Shown: positions 44,765-57,621, counted from the whole stretch's first letter. The stretch: DNA of 63,694 nucleotides, filler included, from Collodictyon triciliatum (GCA_043381765.1; 10 parts of 10 records of this genome joined end to end with filler, not necessarily neighbours in it); one strand, 5' to 3'. Numbers and translations: made by a program. The notes: generated by a model not told the origin, from the sequence alone.

Positions 44765-46269
44765 TGGGGAAAAGGATGGGTGAAGAACTTGAACAATACA
44801 ACGAAACAGAGAAAGACATTAGTTACATGAATCACCCACGGATAGGGCAGCAAAAAAAAAATGTCACATTGATGGAATTTGTACAATCCTGAGACAGGTC
44901 GACAAGTGTCAACCACCAAAATTCAATCTTTTGTGAAATTCTTGATTTTAGCGTATAATCTATATATCACTAGCAAATATTCTAGTCGTCACTGGATATG
45001 ACTATAAATTTTGAACTTATTTGTGTATATAATATAAATTCCATAATTGTATACAGAAGCAATCGATATAGCGCGTTCATTTCCCAAACACAGCTCTCAC
45101 ACTTGTGGAATTTAAGTACAAATCTAATATAATAATAGAATGAATTTTTTCGCCCTTATTGTGTATGTCTTTATTCACCTATTTCATATTTTATATAATT
45201 AATCACAACTCTTCGGCCTACAGAATGGGAATGTGCTGCCTTACGTTACCACACAAAAGGAATAGACTGAAACGACATGGAATTAAAATGATCATAATTG
45301 TATCGATCAATGACCAATAACACATATGTTGTTTTCATTAATTCGAAGCAAAGTCTTTCATATTATTTGCAAATTTATTTAACATAATTTCCGCATATAG
45401 AAATGACGTCACGCGAGTTGTCACCCGTTGTTTTCAGGAATCTGCCGCCTTGATTTCTCCCAACGCAGTCTCCTGAAGCATCGGGCTAAGTGATTCCTTC
45501 GCATGCGGGACGCAGACAATCTAGACACTCACAAGACCGGCCTCCTGCCTCTTTTCCGTCCATTAGAATCTGAAACGCTTGAGCATTGAGCACATTGTTG
45601 ACTTTATTTATTTTTTTATTTTTTTTATTTTTTTATNNNNNNNNNNNNNNNNNNNNNNNNNNNNNNNNNNNNNNNNNNNNNNNNNNNNNNNNNNNNNNNN
45701 NNNNNNNNNNNNNNNNNNNNNNNNNNNNNNNNNNNNNNNNNNNNNNNNNNNNNNNNNNNNNNNNNNNNNNNNNNNNNNNNNNNNNNNNNNNNNNNNNNNN
45801 NNNNNNNNNNNNNNNNNNNNNNNNNNNNNNNNNNNNNNNNNNNNNNNNNNNNNNNNNNNNNNNNNNNNNNNNNNNNNNNNNNNNNNNNNNNNNNNNNNNN
45901 NNNNNNNNNNNNNNNNNNNNNNNNNNNNNNNNNNNNNNNNNNNNNNNNNNNNNNNNNNNNNNNNNNNNNNNNNNNNNNNNNNNNNNNNNNNNNNNNNNNN
46001 NNNNNNNNNNNNNNNNNNNNNNNNNNNNNNNNNNNNNNNNNNNNNNNNNNNNNNNNNNNNNNNNNNNNNNNNNNNNNNNNNNNNNNNNNNNNNNNNNNNN
46101 NNNNNNNNNNNNNNNNNNNNNNNNNNNNNNNNNNNNNNNNNNNNNNNNNNNNNNNNNNNNNNNNNNNNNNNNNNNNNNNNNNNNNNNNNNNNNNNNNNNN
46201 NNNNNNNNNNNNNNNNNNNNNNNNNNNNNNNNNNNNNNNNNNNNNNNNNNNNNNNTGTATAAAACCAGA

Positions 46270-46854
46270 AACTGATGGAAACGTACATCGTACATAGTGC
46301 GAAGTCTCCGTCTACACAATCAACGTGGGCCTCATCGGGACTTTCACATCACCAGACCGCGTGAACGCACTGGTTGTCTCTCCAAACGGCGAGTACATTG
46401 TTTGCGGCGGAGACAAGGGAATCATATCTGTGCGCCCACTAGTTCCGTCATCAGCCTCTTCGCACGGGTGGGTGGCTGTAAATGTCCCTTCCATCCTTCT
46501 CTTCGGCTGAAATGACAACAGGATGCTGGAGGGAACGAGATAGAGCGCACCTGCCATTCTCTTTCATCTCTCTATTATGATTACGATTATTGCCAACAAT
46601 TATCCATGCTACGAAGGAAGGAGAATACTCTGACAAAACAAAAAACAAAAACAAAAAAAACAAACAGAAACCGCGAAATCTACCGGCTCTCGATCGACAA
46701 GAGCATCTGCTCGCTCTGCATGTCTGCCTCGAACCAATACATCTACGCAGGCACAAACCAGGGCCATCTGATTGTCGTGGCCGCATTCAGACCGACTTCC
46801 ACACACTCGGGCAGTCGCCAACAGGCAGCAGACTTCCTCGATATGCGTCCGTGA
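46270..46854 (+). CDS. C-terminal WD40 repeats, probably of a BEACH-domain protein
   Basis: VYTIN.GLIGT...VNALVVSPNGEYIVCGGDKGIIS and ICSLCMSASNQYIYAGTNQGHLIV; the upstream part is lost in an N gap. Confidence 0.55.
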
Positions 46855-47130
46855 TGTTCGGTCTGTTTATTTCCACACTCCATGCCTTCATCGATTTTCT
46901 TTACCCCTTTTTTCTTTCTTTTTTCTTTCTCTTTTCTTAATAATTTTTTTTTATCCCTCTATTATTACAGTAACATATACACATACATACACACAAACCA
47001 GAACGTCAGCGTTTGCCCGATGACAACAACAAAAGAAAGGAAGAATGAATGAATGAAGAAAAAGGGAGAGAAAGAAAGGATAGTGCAGACACTCACCCAC
47101 CCACCCCTGCGACCCATTCGCTATATATAT

Positions 47131-48380
47131 TTATCGTCCCTCGATTGTTTTCTGCACATCTCTCGCCAAACATCTCCTGCGTGGTCGTCTGCTGCGTGGA
47201 GCAAATAATAAACGCCAAGCATCGTCCTTTGCCACGCCCGAGAGGTGACGGATTAGTGGGGAGGCCGGTCTTTGGGCCACGGCGCGGCATGGGCCGTCAA
47301 ATCCGCACATAGGCAACGCCACACGCCTGCGTCTTCTTCCACGAGGCCGCCCATCGATGTCGAAACCAGACATGCAGTCCCCATCACACCGCACACTGCT
47401 TGGCTGCAGACTTTTGGCTTGCCAGCAAGTGATATTTACTTAATTACACATTGGACGCATGGAACATGGCGGAATGAGTGTGCATATGTTGAGAGTGCGA
47501 ATGGATTGGAAAAGGAGACCCATCACAGTTTATCTGCTTGCCTATGAAAGGATACACACGTTGTCTGTCTTGCGCTCCGGGGCCTTTCTCGGCAAGGAGG
47601 AGGCCTCTTCGCCGCGGTTTGCCCCATGATGACCGTGGCCTTGGTGGTGGATGCGACCTCCGTGCGGCCCCTGGAATTGCCCCTGGCTGCAAGCAAAGCA
47701 CTCAAAAAGGGGTTGCGAATTGGGAGATGATAAATAGGACGGAGGTTAAAGGGAGAAAAAATGGGGGAAGAAAGAGAAGAAGAACAAGAAGAAGAAAAAC
47801 ACAGGGGCAAGTGCAGAGCAGAAGTCGAACGAGGGACTCGGCCGCGCCTTTCAAACACACCTGCTTGCGTGCTCTGCAGGACGTGCATTTCTCGCTCTGG
47901 GAGACTGGGACTCGTGGTGAGGAAGCGAGGCTGCCTGATTTTGTGCGGGATGCGTCTCCATTCCGCATAATCCGCTTCGCTCGGGAAGCTGGCTGCGTGC
48001 GTCTCTGCTCTGGCGCTGTGTCTCGTACGGAGCGCCTCGTGCAGTCGGGTTGTATAACTCGGGGCGTTGTTCTCTGTGCTCTGGGGCTCTACGGTTTGCG
48101 TATGGGTTGTGGCTTGAGTCGTGCTCTTGTTGCTGGCTTTGTCGGAGTAGCTCAAAGGCGCGCTCCTGCTCCTCGATTTGTTCCCGACTAAACGAGATGC
48201 CGATGTCCCCTGCATCTGTCTCCTCGGTCCCGGAATGGTGTCCATCGCGTCTGCTTCGCGCCCCCGCGTCGTATTTGACAAAGTACCCGTCATAGTACGA
48301 TGTGTTTCCTGAGATCTGTGCGTTGTCGCAGTGAGAGTAAAGTAGAAACGGGGAAAGCAAGAATCTTGTTCACCATTCAT
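47131..48380 (-). CDS. Hypothetical low-complexity (S/T/R-rich) protein, about 3 exons
   Basis: GC-rich open frames joinable by GT-AG introns; no recognised domain. Confidence 0.4.
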
Positions 48381-48535
48381 GGTATTTGCATCTTCTTTTT
48401 TGGTTTTTATGTTTTTTTAAATGTCTATATTAATATCTAGTTTAATATCTAGTTTAATATCTATTTTAATATCTATTTTAATATCTATTTTAATATCTAT
48501 TTTAATATCTATTTTAATATCTATTTTAATATTAA

Positions 48536-48981
48536 GACCGCTCTGCGGTCTGGAAGGAAGTGCGTAAACTTTGCAGAGAAGTTGTCTTTGCACTCGACCT
48601 AGTGCCTTTCTAACTCAATGCGAACTTCTCCTGTCCACCATCCTTTCAACACCTTGCGCCACCAAAGTAGTATTCCCATCCTCTTCCGCTCCCCTCTAAA
48701 CATAATCAAGCCCGCTACTTTCCCTCTCCCAAGGACTTCACCACAAGTCCTATCCTGAAAGGAATCCCTGGGCCTCTTATCAAGCCCCAGGGTCTTTACT
48801 TCCTTTCCTATTCCTCTTCATCATCTTTTCTCTCCTTTCTCTATTCCCCATCTCTATACTCCTCTGATGGCACATCCGCCATCACTATCCCCTTTTTAAC
48901 CTCGGAATACTTGCTTGGTGGTTGAAAAAAAGATTGTTGGCATGGGCGCCAACAGCTAAGTCTGTCGTGAATAAAAAAAAA
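48536..48981 (+). mobile_element. LINE 3' end, family A copy 2 (ORF tail VWKEVRKLCREVVFALDLVPF*, pyrimidine-rich 3'UTR, stem-loop, polyA)
   Basis: Homologous to 18669-19050 (opposite strand) and to 55278-55324. Confidence 0.75.
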
Positions 48982-50422
48982 TATATATAATTTACGGAAT
49001 TTTCAATTCACAAATTCTCTAAAATTATCGAGTATTCTTTAACATCTTAACGATGAATAGCATTATATTTGAAGAGTCAGTTAGACTTTATTGATACATC
49101 ATCTATTTACTATGGCGACTTCACAAAGTTTTTTGTGAAATAAATTATATAATTGATATCTTAAAGTTACTTGTTCGTATTAATGCAAGCAATAAGACTA
49201 TGGTGACATATAGAAGAACTTAAGAACATTGAAAAATTCAGATTCAGACAGAATAGAATTCGTAGCTTATTTCTATTACGGATTTTTCCGATATATCAGA
49301 ATTTTAAAACATCAGAGACAGGATAGATAAAACATGCACATGAAAATCACCTCACGTACCAATCAGTCAAAGGAAAAAAACCATTCGACGAAACAAATTG
49401 ATTTCTTTTGACCGAAAATTGACTTATCGTTTTTCGGCTTGCTTCGTGTTAAAATGGACCACAACTCTCAAATTACAAACACATTTATCATTCGTTCATA
49501 AATCATAGCCTTCTAGGTCTAATTACTCCTTTGTAAAGAACAACGTTTGTAACCTAACTTGTTGGTGCTGGCTCGGCTTGATCAGTTTCTTTAAATATAG
49601 CTGATCCTAGGGATTTAGAATCGTGCGGATCGTGTAAATCGATATTTAAATTGTTGGTCTGAAAATATGTTCACTAAGCCCCACAATTCTTCGTGGTATT
49701 TTGGTGCTTTGTTGATTGGCACTTTATCTGAATTTTCATGAGTTGTGACTAACACTTGCAAATATTGTAGGATCCACTCTGATGGTTATATAACATAAAC
49801 AAACTTTGAATCAATACCCCACCAGGAGCTGTTTTTATAACCTCACCAGCCGCTCCACTTGAAAACCCCATTAGGTGCATTTCTTATATAACCACCAACC
49901 GCTCAACTTGAATGCCCCTTTAAGCACTTTTTGTCTTTGTTTTTTTTCTTTATTCGGTTCGAAGTGCAGCGACGTTAGGCCATATAGGAGGCAAAAAAAT
50001 AGTGTGTGATAGAGAGGAGAAGCAAGTGGGAGACGCCACTGAAAAGAAATCCGATAGCGAGTTGGTCATTTGGGCGTCCAAATGGTTGATCGGATGCGTG
50101 GTTTGTAATTGTTGAGTATGTTGAGTTATATATCTTACGACACATCCCATACCTCTCTTTGCTTGCGGTCAGAGCTGCGGAGAATGCGGGCGTGTTTCAG
50201 CAGGCTGTTCACGGACATGTGTTGTGTGTAACTTTGTGGCCTGGACACATTGTTTTCTCGTTCGGATGATCCATTAGAGTGAGAAAATGCACGCACACTC
50301 TGTAAGGACCACATTATATGCCTCTTTGTGACCTTCCAGAGCATTCTAGAGTCATGGGTCATTTGGTATTGTGAGCCAAATAGAAATCAAATTGCCCCTT
50401 GGTTTTTCTCTGAAATCATACC

Positions 50423-50915
50423 AATGACGAGAAAAGGTGACGCTTCTGCTACCCGCAGAGTAACACGCCAAGCTGCTATCGCCGAAAAAGCTGCCCAGCA
50501 GATGTCCTCCCACCAGAGGAGTGTGTCTGTGTCCGCATCTGTGTTCCAAAGACCCACCTCCACGGCCGCCCACACGCCGGAGCAGACCGGAACAAAGCGG
50601 GAGCGCACCCACAACAGCAACGAGAGTACCCACTCCAACGAGCACAAGTATCGTGAAGGCATGTTTTCCAACCACATCCGTACACGCGGTCAGTCTCTCA
50701 CCGACGTCGTCTCGCCCGTGGTCAAGCTGAACATGCCTCACAAAGAAGCTGCCACAACCACGCAGCCTCGCAAGAATCAGGATTCGCCCTGCAGGCAGGG
50801 GAGTCCGCCATACGCAAGTGAAGCCGGTGACTACGAACCGGACCAGCCACACGGCGACACAAGGGCCACAGACCTGTCTTTGGAGGAGGGTTACGCCTCC
50901 GCCTCTTCCTCTTAA
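50423..50915 (+). CDS. Intronless low-complexity ORF at scaffold end, possibly a retroelement ORF1/gag start
   Basis: GC-rich open frame of ~163 codons from MTRKG; no diagnostic motif. Confidence 0.3.
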
Positions 50916-51269
50916 TTCGCCCAGTGTGGCCCGGCGCTCTGCCTATGAGCNNNNNNNNNNNNNNNNNNNNNNNNNNNNNNNNNNNNNNNNNNNNTTAATT
51001 AATTAANNNNNNNNNNNNNNNNNNNNNNNNNNNNNNNNNNNNNNNNNNNNGCGGCGGGCTTCGGCGTCCCTTCCCTTCGCTTTCGCTTTTTTTTTTTTTT
51101 TTTTTTTTTTGCAGCAGTCGGCCAGTCGCCAACCAGTCTCGAGTCTCGAGTCGAGTCGACCAGCCAATGTTGTCTGCAACACTCAGCTACTCGCACAAGC
51201 AACGCAACGCGGACTCACGAGCACACCTGCACCCACGAGCACGCACACTCCTGCACGCACAAGACTCGA

Positions 51270-51432
51270 ACGCCTGCAAAGGAACTCCACTATGCCGGAA
51301 TACGACGAAGTCTGCATGAGACCCGAAAACCCGCAAAGGCTCTCCACTATGCCGAAATACGACGATGTCTACTTCACAAGAACCGCAAAGGTTCTACATT
51401 ACGCCGAAATACGATGAAGGCTGCTTCACATA
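51270..51432 (+). repeat. Three ~50-60 bp tandem repeats (core GCAAAGGnnCTCCACTATGCCGAAATACGACGAAGTCTGC)
   Basis: Three degenerate copies are directly visible. Confidence 0.75.
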
Positions 51433-52139
51433 CATAGCACATGGAAGAATACGAACTCGCTGCGGCAATGATGAAAGGTTCACTCACTCATTATACAAGC
51501 CATGTAACACCCTCACAGAATGAAAAAAAAAAAAGCTAAAATAAACATGGACATTAATGGCATGAAGAAGCAACTTTAGCATCCAAAAAGGGAAAGATGT
51601 ATTTTACATTTCGTATAATTATATCCATACATTTTTCAATCTGTGGAATTTACAGCATATACAAATTTTGTGGTGCATGTCGAATACTGTGCCATAAATT
51701 ATCCGAATATTTGCAGCAGGAATACACGTCGTGCATCATTGGGAGATATCGCACCTGGAGCACTCGAGAATGTTCTGCCTTCCCAATCACCACACGAGCG
51801 ACACACAGCCCAATCCGTCCATTATATGTTGAAATGGCCACATCTTCATTCGGATGGAAGATTCGCCGGCCTTTGTGGGATATTTAAGCTTCCTGTCAAA
51901 ATAACTGCTGCCTTGTGCCCATTCTCTCTCGCTACCTTATCACATCACTCATTCGCAATGCGCGTTCTATTCTCTGTGTGCACAACCGCACTGCTCTCAC
52001 CCGAGCAACCCCAGTCTGTGTGACTTGTCAAATCCATTCACAAAACAAATAAACACTGCAATGCACTAACATAACACAGTCCACTCGCCCACACAGCCCC
52101 AGAACCCGTCCAAACCGCTTTCGCCTCACTCTTGTCATA

Positions 52140-54555
52140 ATGGCCGACCAGAACGCCCTCTTAGGAGAGGTCCGAAAAATCGCCGGGAAAGACGACATCG
52201 CCTCTTTAAAAAGCTCTGAGAGCCTGTCACTCATCGGCAAAAAGTTGACATCTGTGCCGTGTGGTGTTTTCTTGTTAACTGGTCTGAAGGAATTGAATCT
52301 TCAATTCAATCAGCTGTCGTCACTGCCTTCAGAAATATCGCGTTTGACTGGTCTCGAAAATCTTTATGTTAATGGTAATCAGTTGCCATCACTGCTTGCA
52401 CAAATATCGTGTTTGACTGGTCTCACTGGGCTTAATGTTGAAAGCAATCAGCTGACGTCGCTGCCTCCACAAATATCATGTTTAACTGGTCTCACATATC
52501 TTGGTGTTGATTGCAATCAGTTGTTGTCACTGCCTCCACAAATATCGTATTTGACTGGTCTCACACATCTTGGTGTTGGTGACAATCAGTTGTCATCATT
52601 GCCTCCACAAATATCTTGTTTGACCGGTCTCACATATTTCCGAGTAAGTGACAACCCGGTACGTTTTTATTTATTTATTTATTTATTCAATTGAATTTCT
52701 ATTTTTATTTAAGTTGAAAGAGAGACTGGCTGACAACAAAACACGCAGATGGAGGAGCTTCCGCCACAAATCACAGCGCTCACGAATCTACAGACTCTCT
52801 ACATCGAACTCTGTGGAAGAATTTCCATAAAGAGAGCGCCGCGTGGTATCACAGCTCTTCCAGTATGGAACAACGTATCAAAATCAGACTTCAAATACAT
52901 CCGCGCTCTGCAGCTCTACGACCCTGTAAGCGCACCTCCACCCACAACCTCCACATGCAAACACACAACATAGAACACAACTAACGGAACTCCAGGTCAT
53001 CACCGCAGCAGAGGCCCGCAAGGCTGAGGAGGCCAAAAGGCAATCGAAGAAGCGCAAGGCAGCCGAAGAAACCTGTAAGGCTGGAGAACCTCGCAAAGCT
53101 GAAGAGGCCCGCAAGGCTGAGAAACTGCTATCCGAACAGGCCGACGAGGCCGCGCTTTTGACTGAGCTCCGAAAAATCGCCGGGAAACCTGACATCGCCT
53201 CTTTAAAAAGCTCCGCGTATCTGTATATCGATAAAAAAGATCTGACATCCGTGCCGTGTGGTGTCTTCTTGTTGACTGGTCTGAGAAGATTGGGCCTTCA
53301 AGACAATAAGTTGTCATCACTACCTCCGCAAATATCGTATTTGACTGGTCTCACAAGGCTTTGTATTAATGGCAACCCGGCATGTTTTTATTCATTTTCC
53401 ATTACATTTTTATTCATCTTGTCAGAAAAGTGGCTGACAACGATACCTGCAGATGACGGAGCTTCCACCACAAATAACAGCGCTCAGGATTCTGAAGGTG
53501 CTCTACATCAAGGCTGGCTGGGAACAGACCATAAAGAAGGCTCCGCGTGGCATCACAGCTCTTCCACTGTGGAACAACGCAGTAGGGGACTACATACACA
53601 TCCGCGCTCTGCAGCTCTACGACTCCGTAAGGACACATCCACCCACAACCTCCGCGTACACACAACATAGAGCGCGGTTGGCGGAACTCCAGCTCGAAAC
53701 CGCAAGAGAAGCCCGTAAAGCTGAAGAAGAGGCTGCGCTTTTAGAAGAGGTCCGAAAAATCGCCGGGAAACGCAGCATCGCCTCATTAAAAAGCTCCGAG
53801 ACTCTGTCACTCTATGGCAGAAATCTGACATCCATTCCGCTTGGCGTTTTCTTGTTGACCCAATTGGAAGTATTGGAACTTTGGAATAATCAGCTATCGT
53901 CGTTGCCCCCACAAATATTGTATTTAACTGACCTCATATATCTTGGTGTTGGTAATAATCGGCTGTCATCATTACCTCCACAAATATCATGTTTGACTGG
54001 TCTCACATATCTAGATGTTGCTGGCAACCCGGTATGTTCTTATTAATTTTCTATTCCATTTTTATTTATGTTGGAAGATAAAGCGGCTGACAATAATACA
54101 CGCAGATGGAGGAGCTTCCGCCACAAATCACGGTGCTCACGAATCTGAGGAGGCTACTTATTATTAACAGCTTCGATGTTATTAACATAAAGAGGGCGCC
54201 GCGGGGTCTGTCGAACCTTCCAGTGTGGAACAACACATCATACCCAGACAACATACACATCCGTGGTCTGCAGCTCTACGACCCTGTAAGTGCACCTCCA
54301 CCCACAACCTCCACATGCACACAACATAGAACACAACTGACGGAACTCTAGGTCGACACCGCAACAAAAGCCCGCAAAGCTCAAGAAACTCACAAGATTG
54401 GAGAGGCTGCATGGCAGCCGAAGAAGCGCAAGACAGCCGAAGAATCCCGTAAAGCTACAGAGGCTCCAAAGGCTGAAGATGCCCGCAAGGCAGCCGCCGA
54501 AGAGGACGTTACCCCCGTGAGAGCTAGATTTCTCGGATGTCTTCACTATCTATAA
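52140..54555 (+). CDS. Tri-modular LRR protein, ~658 aa; exons 52140-52658, 52749-52925, 52996-53379, 53453-53626, 53693-54031, 54106-54285, 54352-54555
   Basis: 23-aa LRRs (LxxLxLxxNQLSSLPPQISCLTG). Six phase-0 introns at homologous positions give one continuous frame; the last exon could instead splice further at GTGAG near 54517. Confidence 0.85.
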
Positions 54556-55277
54556 GGGAAAGGCGGTGGAGTCCGTCATGATGGTCCACAGGCGCATGCC
54601 AACCTAAAAGGCCATATGCTACCTTCACCCACTGCACCACTCCGCTCTTTCCTTCTATTCAAGAGATAACAATACCGACTCCCATTTGCGCCTCATCACA
54701 CCTTCTTGGCCCACTCCTCAGACTCAACAAAAAAAAAGTGTTAACGAGAGCATGACTGTCAAGCAATAAGAATTGTTTGTCACTGCCTCATTACCACAAA
54801 ATAATAAGGGCTGATTCATCTCTGCACCACACGCTCTAGTTGCTGAACACCTACAGATATGATGTGAAATATAATCCTTTGGTATTGTATGTCGCAAACC
54901 TCTTGACTTGTAGTATGGATAATCTCGGAATTACATGGAGTTGCGAACGATGGCTAGCGAACCAAAGCCAACATCTCCACCATCTTGCACAAAATTGAAA
55001 TAGGAATAAAAAAAAAGATGACAATCATGACATATAAATACAAAAAATAGTCGTTTCTTGTCCCAAAGTCTAGGTACGCTATAGATATTTATGGACACAT
55101 GATAGACTTGAACAGCATTTAAATCCAAGACAGAAAGAAATTTTGGTTCTATACATGATGCCATGAAACGCTCGATTAGCTTTTCAGCACCAATACGACT
55201 GCTTGACATTAAATACAAAAACGTATAATCATTCATTTCCCTTCATGATTTTTCCAAAATAATAATTCATATTATAT

Positions 55278-55324
55278 ATATTTTTTTTTATTCTAAAAGT
55301 CTTAGCTGTTGAGCCCGTCTCAAC
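55278..55324 (-). mobile_element. 47-bp 5'-truncated family A LINE insertion with 17-bp TSD
   Basis: AATAATTCATATTATAT is duplicated at 55261-55277 and 55325-55341 around hairpin + GCTAAG + polyA. Confidence 0.85.
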
Positions 55325-56277
55325 AATAATTCATATTATATCATCACACCTTTGAATCGAATGAAGGAAAAAAAAAACCAGCCTTATTGAATATGCACTA
55401 AACAAGCTTTTGATGTTCACCCAGTTGACAACCTGAAACGGCAATCATTTCTTCTTGCTTCATAATTTTAAGCGTATGATTATGTATCGTTTGCGCCCTG
55501 ACTCTTTTTGTTCTCGACAATTGTGAGAAGTAACATATGTATTTCTACACCGAAACACACTCTCATACAAGTGCAGCTTATAAATATATCGGATATATTG
55601 CATTACACACGCAAGACAGACACGTTATCTCGAGCAAGGTGCCAAGCCTACCATTATGTAATTAATTTCCCCTGATTACCTCATCAAATGAGCTCTATGA
55701 CCCAAGAAATGCCACAACAATAAAAAAAATAAAAAAAACTATGAATATGCGTTTATTTATTGCTGTGCTATACGTTCCTGTGTACCGACATAAAATGAAG
55801 ACTGAAAATAGGAGAAAAAATATCTTATGGCACTTCGCTTTAAGTCCTTAATATACCTGTAGCAACTTTTGTAAAGTATGACTCTATCTTAACGCTCAGG
55901 AATCTGATGATGAACTCGTGGGAGGTAATTGTATAAGAAGAAAGGGGAAAACGATATGCTCATCTTCGTTTTTTAATTGAAAAAAATCGTTAGCATACTT
56001 TGTTTGATGCTAGACATTGAGGTTCATTTTTTTATGCCGCTGTATCACCCTCCCTGTGGTTCTGTCTGACTGGCGACAACATACCATAAGCGATGCAGAT
56101 TTGCAATTTAAACATCAGAATATTTCCTTCAAAAGCTGAAAGTGACAGGAAATCCTTATTTTACTTCAGGTTTGAGGTTCGTGCTGGAAGGAACAATAAT
56201 GTGAACTTCACTTTTTTTTTTCTCGTTTGGGGGCGAGCTAGGCTTCTTACTGACAGCGAAACATACGACTACAGAGA

Positions 56278-57211
56278 ATGCTAGACAGGAGCCAGATTTC
56301 ACACCAGAGCCTCCTCTACGACGCCCAGAGTGTGACGAACGAGCCTTCTTTGTCGCCTTCGTCTCCTACTTTGCAAGGGAGCAGAGGGCGCTCAGATAGC
56401 TTGGCCTACATGGAGAAGCCTCTGGTCGATCAAGAGGTCCCACGAGACGCATGGGGGCGTTTTATGTATTACTTTCGATTCTTCTGGACTTTCTTTCATG
56501 GGTTTGGAGCAACATTTGGAGGTCTTGTATTCGTTTCCCTGGTGGTTGGCGATACGACTATGACGAATGGAACCCGCATATGGTGGAGTCTTCTATGCAT
56601 CTCTGGCGGGTGCTATACAGTATATGAGGTATATTCGATTCTGAACCGCCGCGGCATTATGGTTGATTGCTCTAATACATATTTCGTATTCCACATTACA
56701 CTAGAACTTGATTGTGCCCCACAAGGAGCACAGCCGCACATATCAGGCATTGGGGTTGATGGGTGTTCCAAATGCTGTGATGGCCATGATTGACCGGTAC
56801 GAGGGAATCAACAATGTGGACCACTTTCTCACGCATCCAAACTACGTAGTGGTCTTTGTGGTGACGTGTGTAGCCTTTCCTTTCTTTATGCTGGGGGAGC
56901 CACTCACCTCACGCGAGGAGCGGAACCTGCAGAGAAGTGTGACAGCAAGCCGCTGGCGAGACCTTGTGCGCAATGCACGACAAGTGTTGAATGACTCGTT
57001 CCTTCCTTTCATGGGCAATGCAGGCACGGTCTGGGTTCTTTTTAATCTCCCTGATGTCATGTTTGAAGCTGCATGGATTGGAAACTCGGACGGTTCCACA
57101 AACGGAGGACCTGTGCTGATAGCGATTCTTGGGTCTATCGGAGTTGGGGTAGTGAATGTCGTGCTGAGCCACTATCGTCGCAGATACAATAGTTCCATAG
57201 TCATCTCTATG
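56278..57211 (+). CDS. Unknown multi-pass membrane protein (intron ~56629-56704), probably 3'-truncated
   Basis: Two ORFs join in frame via GAG|GTATAT...CTAG|AAC; several hydrophobic segments. Confidence 0.6.
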
Positions 57212-57621
57212 GTTTAGAGACTTTTTAGAAGAGATTTGAGCCAATGGCAAACAAGTGCCGTCCGCACTATCTTTTTTTTTTTTTTTTTTTTTTTTTGTGG
57301 GGGTTTTTTTTTAAAAAGAAATNNNNNNNNNNNNNNNNNNNNNNNNNNNNNNNNNNNNNNNNNNNNTTAATTAATTAANNNNNNNNNNNNNNNNNNNNNN
57401 NNNNNNNNNNNNNNNNNNNNNNGAAATGAGGCGAAAATGAAAAGAAAACAAGATGAGAAAAGTAGATATTATATATCATTTAAGCTTATCGTCGTTGGTT
57501 GTAAGTATTCTCTTTTTTTTTTCTTCTTAAACTTTGAATATCTCTGAATAAAGAGATGTCCAATATCGTTTCTTTTTTGGGAATAAAGATTACAAAACAC
57601 TTTTCGGTGTCATGATTTGCA

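Noticed and set aside
47545-47560. GTATCCTTT on the minus strand as a U12-type donor
   Set aside because: No TCCTTAAC branch site downstream; the GTGTGT donor 4 nt upstream gives a consistent frame.
51270-51432. CRISPR-like array or hammerhead ribozyme repeats
   Set aside because: Eukaryotic context, only three degenerate units with very short spacers, no cas genes and no CTGATGA...GAAA core.
52960-54351. Frameshift and in-frame TAG in the LRR array suggesting a pseudogene, readthrough or recoding
   Set aside because: Both lie within GTAAG...CT(A/G)AC...YAG introns; the TAG is the splice acceptor.
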